A stretch of DNA of 64,000 nt, the filler included, from Gonapodya sp. JEL0774 (taxonomy: Eukaryota), in the NCBI GenBank assembly GCA_027604505.1. It is 42 parts of 42 records of this genome, joined end to end, with 100 filler letters (N's around TTAATTAATTAA, not from the genome) between each part and the next. Parts side by side here need not be neighbours in the genome. Positions count along the whole stretch, not along the records: positions 50,490 to 51,909 come from JADIIX010003179.1; positions 52,010 to 53,428 come from JADIIX010003180.1; positions 53,529 to 54,946 come from JADIIX010003181.1; positions 55,047 to 56,464 come from JADIIX010003182.1; positions 56,565 to 57,982 come from JADIIX010003183.1; positions 58,083 to 59,499 come from JADIIX010003184.1; positions 59,600 to 61,015 come from JADIIX010003185.1; 35 more parts are not named here. One strand, 5' to 3'. The notes below the pieces were generated by a model. It did not search any database, was not told the DNA's origin, and saw only the letters and a list, made by a program, of their open reading frames with translations. The translations under genes were made by a program, and so were the position numbers. How positions within the stretch are numbered: the stretch's first letter is position 1; every line of letters begins with the position of its first letter. Below, piece after piece: positions 50,964 to 61,015 of this stretch.

Positions 50964-51602
50964 GTGGAAGGCTCGACCCAGTATTACTGCGCCCTGTCAT
51001 GTCACCCTTTGCTCTATGTTACCTTTCCCAACGAAACGTCATATAGAGCTATTATGAGAAATGTCCGAGATGAAATCACAAGTGAAAGTAGAGACGTGGC
51101 GTCCACAATCTATAACTTGATCTACAACTCAAACATGAGTGCGTTTCTCCGGTCACTCAAAAGGCTTTCGAAAACCCCTACTCCAGATTGGCCATACAAG
51201 TATGCTGTACATGTCCCTGTAAATGGCTATACCGTGTTCACAGTTGCAGACCTTGTGGAAGTCATCAATAAAGTATTGGACATGTTCAAGTCGAATTTCG
51301 GCGAGGGCCACACGAGGATCCTTGAAAAAGAGTACTACGACGACATGCTGACCAAGGGATATTTCGGCATATGTATGCGTATTGCAAGATTCTACTCCAA
51401 CAAGAGATTCGTATCACTGACTCTGCAACTTGCTTCTACTGAGAACCAATTCTGGTCCTTATCAGGTAGCGAACAATTTTTGAATGACTTTCTCTCTTAT
51501 GTCGATCCACAAACGATCGAAAAGTATGTGAAAAAAGCTCAAAGATCTCTTGATCCAAGATTTATGAACGTCGTGGGCAGCTTCGTTCGCTTACCAGAGT
51601 AA
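50964..51602 (+). CDS. Intronless hypothetical protein (first ATG at 51054)
   Basis: 212-codon open frame, Tyr/Phe/Asn/Lys-rich; 3' end overlaps the convergent ORF by 12 bp. Confidence 0.6.
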   Translation: MEGSTQYYCALSCHPLLYVTFPNETSYRAIMRNVRDEITSESRDVASTIYNLIYNSNMSAFLRSLKRLSKTPTPDWPYKYAVHVPVNGYTVFTVADLVEVINKVLDMFKSNFGEGHTRILEKEYYDDMLTKGYFGICMRIARFYSNKRFVSLTLQLASTENQFWSLSGSEQFLNDFLSYVDPQTIEKYVKKAQRSLDPRFMNVVGSFVRLPE

Positions 51603-51909
51603 TAAGTCCAATACTTCCTCATCAAGTGTACATGTAGAGCTGTCGTGCATTCCAGGTACTGTCGTCAGCGTGTTTGCGAATGGCGGTTGTATGACAGTAT
51701 ATGATGCAAGAGCATGAGCATGCATGGACTCGAACTCACTTAACAGCGATTCGTGTACCTTCTCTCCCGGTCGAATACCGACTACGCGCACACTTTTACC
51801 TGTACGGCTGGAAAATAAGTCGAAGACATCCTTCATTTTCATAGCATTGAGATGAGGTACAACGATTTCCCCAGTGTCAGCTTTTGCAATGGCAAAATTT
51901 ATGAGGCGA
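51591..51909 (-). CDS. UDP-GlcNAc 4,6-dehydratase / CapD-PseB-like nucleotide-sugar enzyme (Polysacc_synt_2), C-terminal fragment, intronless
   Basis: Frame is open from the contig end: RLINFAIAKADTGEIVVPHLNAMKMKDVFDLFS...VVGIRPGEKVHESL; GIRPGEKxHExL is the family's C-terminal signature. Confidence 0.85.
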
Positions 51910-52009
51910 NNNNNNNNNNNNNNNNNNNNNNNNNNNNNNNNNNNNNNNNNNNNTTAATTAATTAANNNNNNNNNNNNNNNNNNNNNNNNNNNNNNNNNNN
52001 NNNNNNNNN

Positions 52010-53358
52010 ATATACTGGGCCAGTGCGTAACCCTGGTCGGCGGCCCTCCTGTACCACTTCACAGCCTCCGCCTCGTCCTTCTGCACACCCCGCCCGTTGC
52101 TGTACATGAGTGCAAGATTATACTGGGCCAGTGCATAACCCTGGTCGGCAGCCCTCCTGTACCACTTCACAGCCTCCGCCTCGTCCTTCTGCACGCCCCG
52201 CCCGTTGTTGTACGTGAGCGCGAGATTATACTGGGCTGTTGCGTTACCCTGGTCGGCGGCCCTCCTGCACCACTTCACAGCCTCCCCCTCGTCCTTCTGC
52301 ACGCCCCGCCCGTCCTCGTACATCACACCAAGATTCGACTGGGCCAGTGCGTTACCATGGTCAGCGGCCCTCCTGTACCACTTCACAGCCTCCGCCTCAT
52401 CCTTCTGCACGCCCCGCCCATTCTCGTGCATCAAACCAAGATTCGACTGGGCCAGTGCGTTACCCTGGTGGGCGGCCCTTCTGAACCACTTCACAGCCTC
52501 CGCCTCGTCCTTTTGCACGCCCTGCCCATTGCTGTACATGAGTGCGAGATTGTACTGGGCAGGTGCGTCTCCTTGGTCGGCTGCCCTCCTGTACCACTTC
52601 ACAGCCTCCGCCTCGTCCTTCTGCACACCCCGCCCGTCCTCGTACAGGAGCCCCAGATTATACTGGGCTGTTGCGTTACCCTGGTCGGCGGCCCTCCTGT
52701 ACCACTTCACAGCCTCCACTGTGTCCTTCTGCACACCCCGCCCATTGTGGTACATCCACCCGAGACCGTTTTGTCCACCTGCGTTCCCCTGGTCGGCAGC
52801 CCTCCTGTACCACTTCACAGCCTCCGCCTCGTCCTTCTGCGCGCCCTCCCCATTCGCGTACATAACGCCAAGGTTGTACTGGGCCGGTCCGTGACCTTGG
52901 TCAGCGACCTTCCTCCACCACTTCACGGTCTCCTTGTTGTCTGTTGTGTGTCCTTGACCATAATAAAAGCATTTACCCAGGTCAAATTGTGCCTGAAGGT
53001 TGCCTTGTTCGGCTGCACGTTGGCACCACGTGAATGCAGATTCAAGGTTCTTTGGAAGAATTCCAAGTCCATTTTTGAAGAAAAAGTAGAGTTGATGCAT
53101 GGCGTCCACATGGCCAAATTCAGCGGCACGCAAATAAACTTGGGAAGCCTTGTCCAAGTTTTGTTCCCTCCCTTGACGTCCATGGTGAAAGCCATCTGCC
53201 AATGTCCATAAATAGTCGGCATCACCGATCAGATCAGCCTCTGGGACCGAGTCAATCTCGGCTGGTGGTCGTTCAGGACTAGGTGGACTGCGGTGAGAAA
53301 CCAGCATGATCGATAAACAAACATCGTGCTCACGTGATCTGAGAAAGCGTTCCAACAA
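52010..53358 (-). CDS. Sel1-like repeat protein, 3'-truncated
   Basis: About ten 36-aa units A.AQYNLG.MY.NGRGVQKDEAEAVKWYRRAADQG. Confidence 0.95.
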
Positions 53359-53528
53359 TTGAAGAAAACGGTGGACGCTGGGTTGGATCTGGAGCCCAGC
53401 ATCGTCGCATCAGCGTTTCGAGTTCCGCNNNNNNNNNNNNNNNNNNNNNNNNNNNNNNNNNNNNNNNNNNNNTTAATTAATTAANNNNNNNNNNNNNNNN
53501 NNNNNNNNNNNNNNNNNNNNNNNNNNNN

Positions 53529-54460
53529 GGTAGAGAGGAGGCGGCCATCTTAACTGAGTTCGAAGAGTTTGGCACCGAACTTGTGACTGACGTATTGAGT
53601 GGTTGAGGTGCTGCTTTTTCAGAAACCGCTGTGCTTTCGGACAGAGATGCGAATACTTTCGGTGAAAGAGCGGCGTCTAGAGTCAAAGTCGCTGGCGATG
53701 TACTCGTTTCCTTGACTGGCGACGAAGTCAGCGAGCTACTGGACCATTTCAATCGATTGGACCCGTCATCCTCGCTTTCGCTCTCGCTGTCCCCATCCTG
53801 CATTCCGTGTTCTCCCAGCAGCCCACCGGCCTTCACGACCCTCCACCACTTCATTATTCTCTCTGCCGTGCCTGAGTCTCCTGCCACATCGATAGCCGAA
53901 TAGGAGAGTCCGTTCTTTGAGTCTGCGCGAAGACCTACGGCGATGAGGAGCCGGCAGGCAGGACGGAGTGCGAGGAACGAAGCAAGGTGGAGCAGTGAAT
54001 TGGAAGAAAGCGTGCGGAAGGTGAGAAGGAGTCTCGTTGGGGCCGACTGGTCAAACAAAGCGCGAAGTACGTGATAAGAGGAAGATTCCAATCAAAATCC
54101 AAAGAAATATATCGTGATTTTGTAGCAAAAGGCGTAATTCATCGAGATGAGAAAGAAATTCCCAAGAATCGAGCACCGAGATTCAACTACCTTGAGCAGA
54201 AGCTCAACCACGCTCTCCCATCGCGCCTTCTCCTCTGACTGCGCTCGCCCTGCCTCCACCATTGCCAAAACAAGTACATTCACGTTCGTATCCACATTAT
54301 TTCCCAGCAAACTTTTGGCCAGCGAAGGCATTTTGATTGCTGTACCAGGAAGGGGAAGGGTCAAGTACTCGCTCGACAAAGACAGGAAGGACGCGATGGA
54401 ATCAGCATTTCTGGATTGAATGGTTCGCAAGAAACTGGACGCGTCGATTTCCGTCGGCAT
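53529..54460 (-). CDS. Hypothetical protein, two probable exons, 3'-truncated
   Basis: ATG at 54460, probable GTAG donor near 54190, second long open frame to contig end; no recognised domain. Confidence 0.45.
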
Positions 54461-55046
54461 CGTTCGGATCTGGTCTGGTCGAGTTCAAAACTAAACGCCA
54501 AAGAGTTGGTGATGTGGCACAGCGGTACGAGACCCACGCTATGCAAAAAGCACCGCGTGAAGCAACGCTTGCCGCAGGAGACAATTTAATGTAATAGAAT
54601 GAGAGCGGCCTTCCTTGTCTCAGCAAGCCTACTGGTCACGTTTTAGGTAATTCTCCATTTGATCGCATTTGTTCCCCCGGGATTGCAATCCCATGCACAA
54701 ACGTACGGGTAGCGTGCCGACCATTTTTGTACTAGTTATTGATATTGGGCTTTCTTCATGCTGGTTTACACGGGTATCCTGGCGGGCGTTCGGCCCGAGG
54801 CCGAACTTTGGATGCGGATCAGGGCACCGGCCGTTATCGTTTAGGAGACTGGCGTTCTTCAGGATTCCTTTGTTAGATTATCGCAGCTTGAGCGACTTGC
54901 TCGGTTTGTTTGGGCTCGGATGGTTTGTGCACGAACGGTGGTACATNNNNNNNNNNNNNNNNNNNNNNNNNNNNNNNNNNNNNNNNNNNNTTAATTAATT
55001 AANNNNNNNNNNNNNNNNNNNNNNNNNNNNNNNNNNNNNNNNNNNN

Positions 55047-56464
55047 ACAAAGTTCCAGATTGGTAGACTCAGGAGGTAGATGAACATCCACATCACGTAT
55101 TTGATGTTGAATGATGTGATGACGATGAGAACAGCAGGAAGCCCCAAGATAGCTGCCAGCAGCAACAAGGGAATGATGGGCTTCTCGACCAAAAAGAAGG
55201 AACTGACAATAAGGTAGATAGTGAACGAGATGGCAGCAGGGAGCACTACTGTGCCGACAAGTTCAATAAAGACAACTTTACACAGAACAGAAGCGGAGGT
55301 AAGACAGTGAGCAACAATCCCAGTTGTAGTCGTTCACTGGCGACGGCACACATAAACTCACCAAATTGCATAGAGATACAGAAGGTACCGCAGAGATCCT
55401 TCACCAGAACAAGCTCCAGCAAATTGTGGACGGTAGAATTGATCCAACGCCGACGCTGGGACAAAAGCACCTTGAACTCGTCGGGTACCAGGGTCTTGCA
55501 CTTCGCTTGCGGAACAAAGAGCATTTTGCGCTTGGGGAAGGTTTTTAGCATGAGCGTGGACAGATAACTGCCGGGCAAGGTTTCAATGCTTGGTGAGCAG
55601 GCATGTCGAGTGCTGAATATAAACACAACAAAGTGTACACACCGGTCCTCCCCCAGCAGGAGCAGGTTCTTCTCGTGGAGAGTTTCAACAACATTTTCCG
55701 AATATTGCTCGACGATGTCCGGGTTGGCCAAGATGGGTACGTAGTAACCGTGAGGGCCTTTGGGAGCCTTGATGCGGTACATACAGAAGCATCCAGGGAG
55801 ACAGGTAACACCACCAAAGACGGACTCGAAAGCTTTTGAGAGGTGGTGGGAAATGTGATACTCAAAGACCTACACCACAAGCAAGCGTTGAGTGTGGCAC
55901 ACCAAATGTCTGCAACGCAGAGCGAGGGAAGGGAACGCTTACCTGAATTGTCGTGACCCATGAACCCCACTTGTTCTCAATCTTAGTTTCACCGCACAAT
56001 CCAATGACATTAGGGTCCTTCATCATGCAGGCAACCAAGTGACGTAGCGAGTCTGGGTACACTTTCGTATCTGCGTCCACCATGAGAAGAGCCTCGTACG
56101 TGTCGGGGGGCACACCACCCAGCGCCCAAATCTTGGAGAACAAATCATACTCGAGATCCGTCAACCGATCGTCGAATATGACCTTCTGGAGGAAGTTCAT
56201 CACCACGACCTGGGAGTCTCGTTTCCCTCGGTTTCCTGGCTTCTTGAGAGCACCAGTCTTGTACTGACGCTGCTCTTCGTCGTTTCCAACTTTGATGATG
56301 CAAACAACGGGAATGCGACGGTTGTGAACTTCATAAGCGGTCTTTGCGTAGCCGGCAACGACCTTGGCCTTGTTCTCGCGTTTGAACCCGTCCGCAATCG
56401 CAACGTAGGATCCTTCGATGGGTGGGTCGGGGAAACGGATGGGGTTCAAAACCTACGCGGACGT
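55047..56464 (-). CDS. Chitin synthase, division 2 (class IV/Chs3-like), catalytic region fragment
   Basis: [84 protein letters not shown]. Confidence 0.97.
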
Positions 56465-56564
56465 NNNNNNNNNNNNNNNNNNNNNNNNNNNNNNNNNNNN
56501 NNNNNNNNTTAATTAATTAANNNNNNNNNNNNNNNNNNNNNNNNNNNNNNNNNNNNNNNNNNNN

Positions 56565-57352
56565 GCGGCAAGAACATTTTTGATGGCAGTGTAACTCACG
56601 TCCTTGGGATACCAGTTGTAAATCTTTTGGGCGATAGCCTTTACGTAGTTAACGGCTTGCCTATGAAAAACAGAGCAACACACATTTCAATTTAGCGTAA
56701 ATGAGGTCGTTGATAATTACACCCGTCTCCACTCACCTTTCGGAGCGAGGAGCATCGTCGCTGGTTGTTGTCAGCTTGATGATACCGTCAACAATGGATT
56801 CCGATTCTGAGAGAACCAGCACGGTGAGTTTGTCTCCGTCCTATAAATGAATGATTACGGCAGTGAGGATGAGTTACAATAGTTGGAATATTCGGGCCGC
56901 CACAAAGGACGATGGCTGAAAAGCTTGCTGTTGGAACTCACTCTGACGAGAGATTTGACCGCGAGATCCAACGCGCCGTGGGCGAACGGGTCCATTCCTT
57001 TGATGGTCACACTGTTTGACGGAATGACAACTACAACCCGTTCGGTGTCTTCATCGTCCTCGGCTGCATCACCGCCAGGGCCGTGGTACGAGGCCACGAC
57101 AGTCATGACAGAGTTACGGCGACCAAGAGGGGTTGGTTCCGATGTGGAGGTGCGGCTTTCTGCGGCAGGAGCGGCAGGAGCAGGCGAGGGGACCTTGGAA
57201 GGTGTGGGTTCTTTGAAGGAGATGGAACCGGCGATCGGGGCAGCAGTTTTGCTGGCGATTTGGGCGGCGAGTTTCTTGTTCGCGGCCTCGAGTTCGGCAG
57301 CCTTTTGAGTGGCTTCTGCAAGTTGCTTCTGGAGGGCTTCGATGTCAGACAT
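56565..57352 (-). CDS. Coiled-coil N-terminus plus possible USP-like domain, 5' multi-exon part
   Basis: MSDIEALQKQLAEATQKAAELEAANKKL; RVVVVI...AHGALDLAVKSLVR|DGDKLTVLV weakly resembles the USP beta1-alpha1-beta2 region. Confidence 0.5.
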
Positions 57353-58197
57353 ATTGAGTTCTGGGGAAAGAAGTGAAGACAAAGGGAGGGGAGAAGGCAA
57401 AACACGGAGAAGAACTATTAGAGGCAGAGGCCCGGAGATGGCTTCAGAAGGAAGAGTTCGCTTACGAAAGTTTTTGATGTTTTGCGTCTTTGGCTCGACG
57501 TCTGTTGCTTGTTTTTATAGGACCGGGAGATGGAAAGAAAGGACACAAAGTTTGACTCAGTCATGACTGAGCCACTCGCCACCCGGACTATCCGATGTCT
57601 TCGATTCTTTTCCAGCACTTCAATATGCAGCGCAATAACCTGTATAATAAAACTGTGCTAAGCGGTTTCTGTGACTCCGTATACAGACGCGCCTTTCATA
57701 TAAACAATCGTGTCCCTGTGATCAAAGGCGCGCACGTCCTGCCCCTCAGCTGTTTTCCCCGAACAAGAGTCACCAAGGAATAATGATGGATTTTTGCTGC
57801 GATGATGTTTTGAGGCGGAACAGAGCGCTCTGAATCTGTGTTTGGGGTCTTCTTACGTCAGTCTCACATTAATTTTACTCTGGTCAGCCCTCCTGGATCT
57901 CCACACAACACTCCCATCGGAAATTGCGTGTAGTACGACTCGCGAGAGTTATTTTGGAGCGATAACCGTGGCGTTCCAGGGTNNNNNNNNNNNNNNNNNN
58001 NNNNNNNNNNNNNNNNNNNNNNNNNNTTAATTAATTAANNNNNNNNNNNNNNNNNNNNNNNNNNNNNNNNNNNNNNNNNNNNAGGAGTCATCGGAACAGT
58101 CAATATGAGATTCGTGGGATTCAGAGTTCTCGGAAAGCTATTTTGGATGAGAAAAATTAATGGGTTCAACATTCACGGGACAGAAACTTCGGATCAA

Positions 58198-58503
58198 TCA
58201 ATTCAAGCTCACCAGATCTTCATTACAATCCGCGAAAACCTCAAGCACACAATTCAACCCGTCATCCATGTCTTCCCAAAGCTGATGTACACCGGCATCG
58301 TCCACCACGTCGTATCGCATCTCGCTCTCTCCAGCAGCGACAGAGATGTTGACGTTTCCCAACAGTGTATCGCCCAGAGCGGGCACTTTGCTCCATGCAA
58401 ATTCCACAAGATCGTCTATGGTCTCCGGGCGATGATCAGAACGCACAAGTACCAGGCTCGTTCCGGCCGCGTGCCGGATGCGGAGACGCTGCACGGGAGG
58501 CAT
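58198..58503 (-). CDS. Hypothetical protein, first exon
   Basis: ATG-initiated 101-codon frame ending at a GTGAGC donor-like site. Confidence 0.4.
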   Translation of the reverse strand: MPPVQRLRIRHAAGTSLVLVRSDHRPETIDDLVEFAWSKVPALGDTLLGNVNISVAAGESEMRYDVVDDAGVHQLWEDMDDGLNCVLEVFADCNEDLVSLN

Positions 58504-59599
58504 ATTCTATGAGTTCCGGTTGTGGAGAGCCAAATGTGAGACAGAGTGCGCGATGTTCTCGAATGTATCGTTGTGGTTTTACAACGCCGCAACTGAGAAC
58601 TGCGCTTTTCCTGGGTCCGTTCTGTGTGTGGGGTTGGTTTCCTTACATGAGTCATGTGGGGCTCCTCAAATGTCAACAAACTGCGCCTTTTCGTTGCTCA
58701 AAGAAACGCGAGTCGGCACCTCGGAGCAGCTCCGATGCTTATAGCCATCCTGCTCACTAACGAAGTACTACTATTTGGAACGAATTCAGAATCGTCTTGT
58801 CCATGTTATCAAACAAGACTCGGTGCTCTGTTCGCTACAAAACGACGATGAGCGTAGACGTTTTCCAACTTTTTGAGATCAATTTAGCAGCTTCTCTCGG
58901 AAACTTGTTCGCCATAAATACGCTTCAGTGTTTGGGAAAGGTCCTCGGGTAATAATACCTTAGTGGGCGTCACGTTGTATTATTTCACATTGACGCCCCC
59001 CACGTACACGTCCCTTCAGTGTTAGTAAACAACTGTGCTTCCTCTGAAACCAAAAGTACGCGTAATATATAACTCAGCGCAGCCACAAGCCGCGATTAGT
59101 ATGCCCAGGTTGGAGCCGCCAACAGACTCAAAATGACGAATACTCTCAGATGTGTTCCACTCGGAACTGTCTGTGACTATTATCGTTGCTGACCATGAGG
59201 GGGAAGAGTAGAACAGGAGCAAATGTACATGTGTAATGTTTTGGGCAAATTAAAATTAATGTCGACGCAGTTTGATCGGTACTTCACGAGACACACCAAA
59301 CAGAAGTGGTATTTGTCATGTAGGGATTTTACAAGATACTTTAGCGAGTCATACGTGGATATGTAAATGTAAGTTAAGGATACGGTACTGTAGCATCGAC
59401 ACATATGCGAGGCGGCGCTGTCCGTGAGAAACCGCGTGACGTGGGGCATTGTGACAAGAATCATCCCACTGCTGCAAAACTTCCCCATAATTGCACATCN
59501 NNNNNNNNNNNNNNNNNNNNNNNNNNNNNNNNNNNNNNNNNNNTTAATTAATTAANNNNNNNNNNNNNNNNNNNNNNNNNNNNNNNNNNNNNNNNNNNN

Positions 59600-60465
59600 T
59601 TATCTTCCGAGTCCAAGGAGATGGGTGTCCTGTTGTGTGAGCGACATATAAGCCTTCGCACCTGCCAGCACTGCTTGTTTCCCCTTCCACTGCCATTCCA
59701 CTCACTTTGTCCATGCGCGTATACCTGAGGCTGTTTGTAGTGCAACGGGATCCACTGTCAAGCACACCGCAGGATTCGGAGAGGTTTCGGTCGAGAGGGC
59801 GTCATGAATAGACACGGCGGAGATATCGAGTGATTCGGTAGTGTACCTGAGTAATGTGAGGAATTTGTGTCGTCAAGGTCCCGGTACATCCATCCAGTTA
59901 TAGGGTTCCCATCACTGCAGACTGTACTCCTTAGCAACGGAACAGCCACTGTTCCGCTTTTCCTGTTCCAGACGGAACGCGACTCCGAGAGTATCGTTAT
60001 CGTTCTGAAGTTTTGCGCGGGAACTGGGTACAACTCCTCCAGTATCGTGGGCGAATATTTCCCTCATAAGACGACACGAAGGGCTATGAGTCACGCCATG
60101 CGAGTACATACCAGCCAACAGGAACTTCACGCGCATTCACCCGTCGGTGGAGTGTGTAAACATCTTCGAAAAACTCCTTGTCCAGCGTTCCCTGGTCACA
60201 AATGGTTGATCCGTAAAGGAACTTCCGCTGTCATAATAGGGAAACGCCAGCATTCTTTACTCACACTACTCTCCTTGAAGGGAACAGCAAACGCATTTCG
60301 GATGTCCACTTCGGCTCCATCCTCGGATCGCACACCCAGCAAGACACCGACAACTTTGCTTCCTGTGTTCCGGGAGAAGTGGTCAACCACAGAGAACAAT
60401 ACAAGTGGCTGGATTGTAACTGAGATGCTTTGAGGCCCCGCCAAATGAATGAAAGATGGCTCCAT
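59600..60465 (-). CDS. Translation initiation factor eIF3 subunit f (MPN domain), 5' multi-exon part
   Basis: SVTIQPLVLFSVVDHFSR...VVGVLLGVRSEDGAEVDIRNAFAVP, LHRRVNAREVPVGW. Confidence 0.85.
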
Positions 60466-60574
60466 TTTGCAAATATAAAGATATGGTGTGAAGACAAAAG
60501 GGATGTCGAATAATTTGTAGGACGGGCAAACATGTTCACATTCACAGTATTCAAAGGCAAAGCTAAGCACATTC

Positions 60575-61015
60575 TCATTCAGGATCCGAGTCATCATCGT
60601 CCCCACCAACTTGCTTCGTCTCTTGCTCAGCCTTTTCCATGAGCTTCTCAAGCTCTTTGTCGTCGGTTTCGCTCACCGCGCGGGGCTACAAATGTGAGCA
60701 TTTCAGACGTTTGCAAACGGAACAAAAATAATTGTAAGCAATTATGTAGGGGAAAGGGCATATTCACGTACACCAAATCATCCACTCACGTTCATTTTGA
60801 TGGTCAGAGCTCCACCTTTGCTCTTTATAACTCGCTCAATCGCCAAGATAGACTCTTCCATTATTTTGATTCCAAGTGACTTTTCCATAGAGGAAGTTGT
60901 CATGACATACAGAGGCGGTGCGACGAGACGAGTCTGCAACGGTGTCGTGGGGAGATCGAGCAGCCAACCCCCGCAAGATCATCGTGCGAGCCTCCTCACC
61001 TTAATTATCACCTCT
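60575..61015 (-). CDS. SUI2: Translation initiation factor eIF2-alpha, C-terminal exons
   Basis: LVAPPLYVMTTSSMEKSLGIKIMEESILAIERVIKSKGGALTIKMN|PRAVSETDDKELEKLMEKAEQETKQVGGDDDSDPE-stop. Confidence 0.88.

Noticed and set aside
52205..53211. Long plus-strand ORFs over the Sel1 gene
   Set aside because: Antisense shadows of a repetitive coding sequence.
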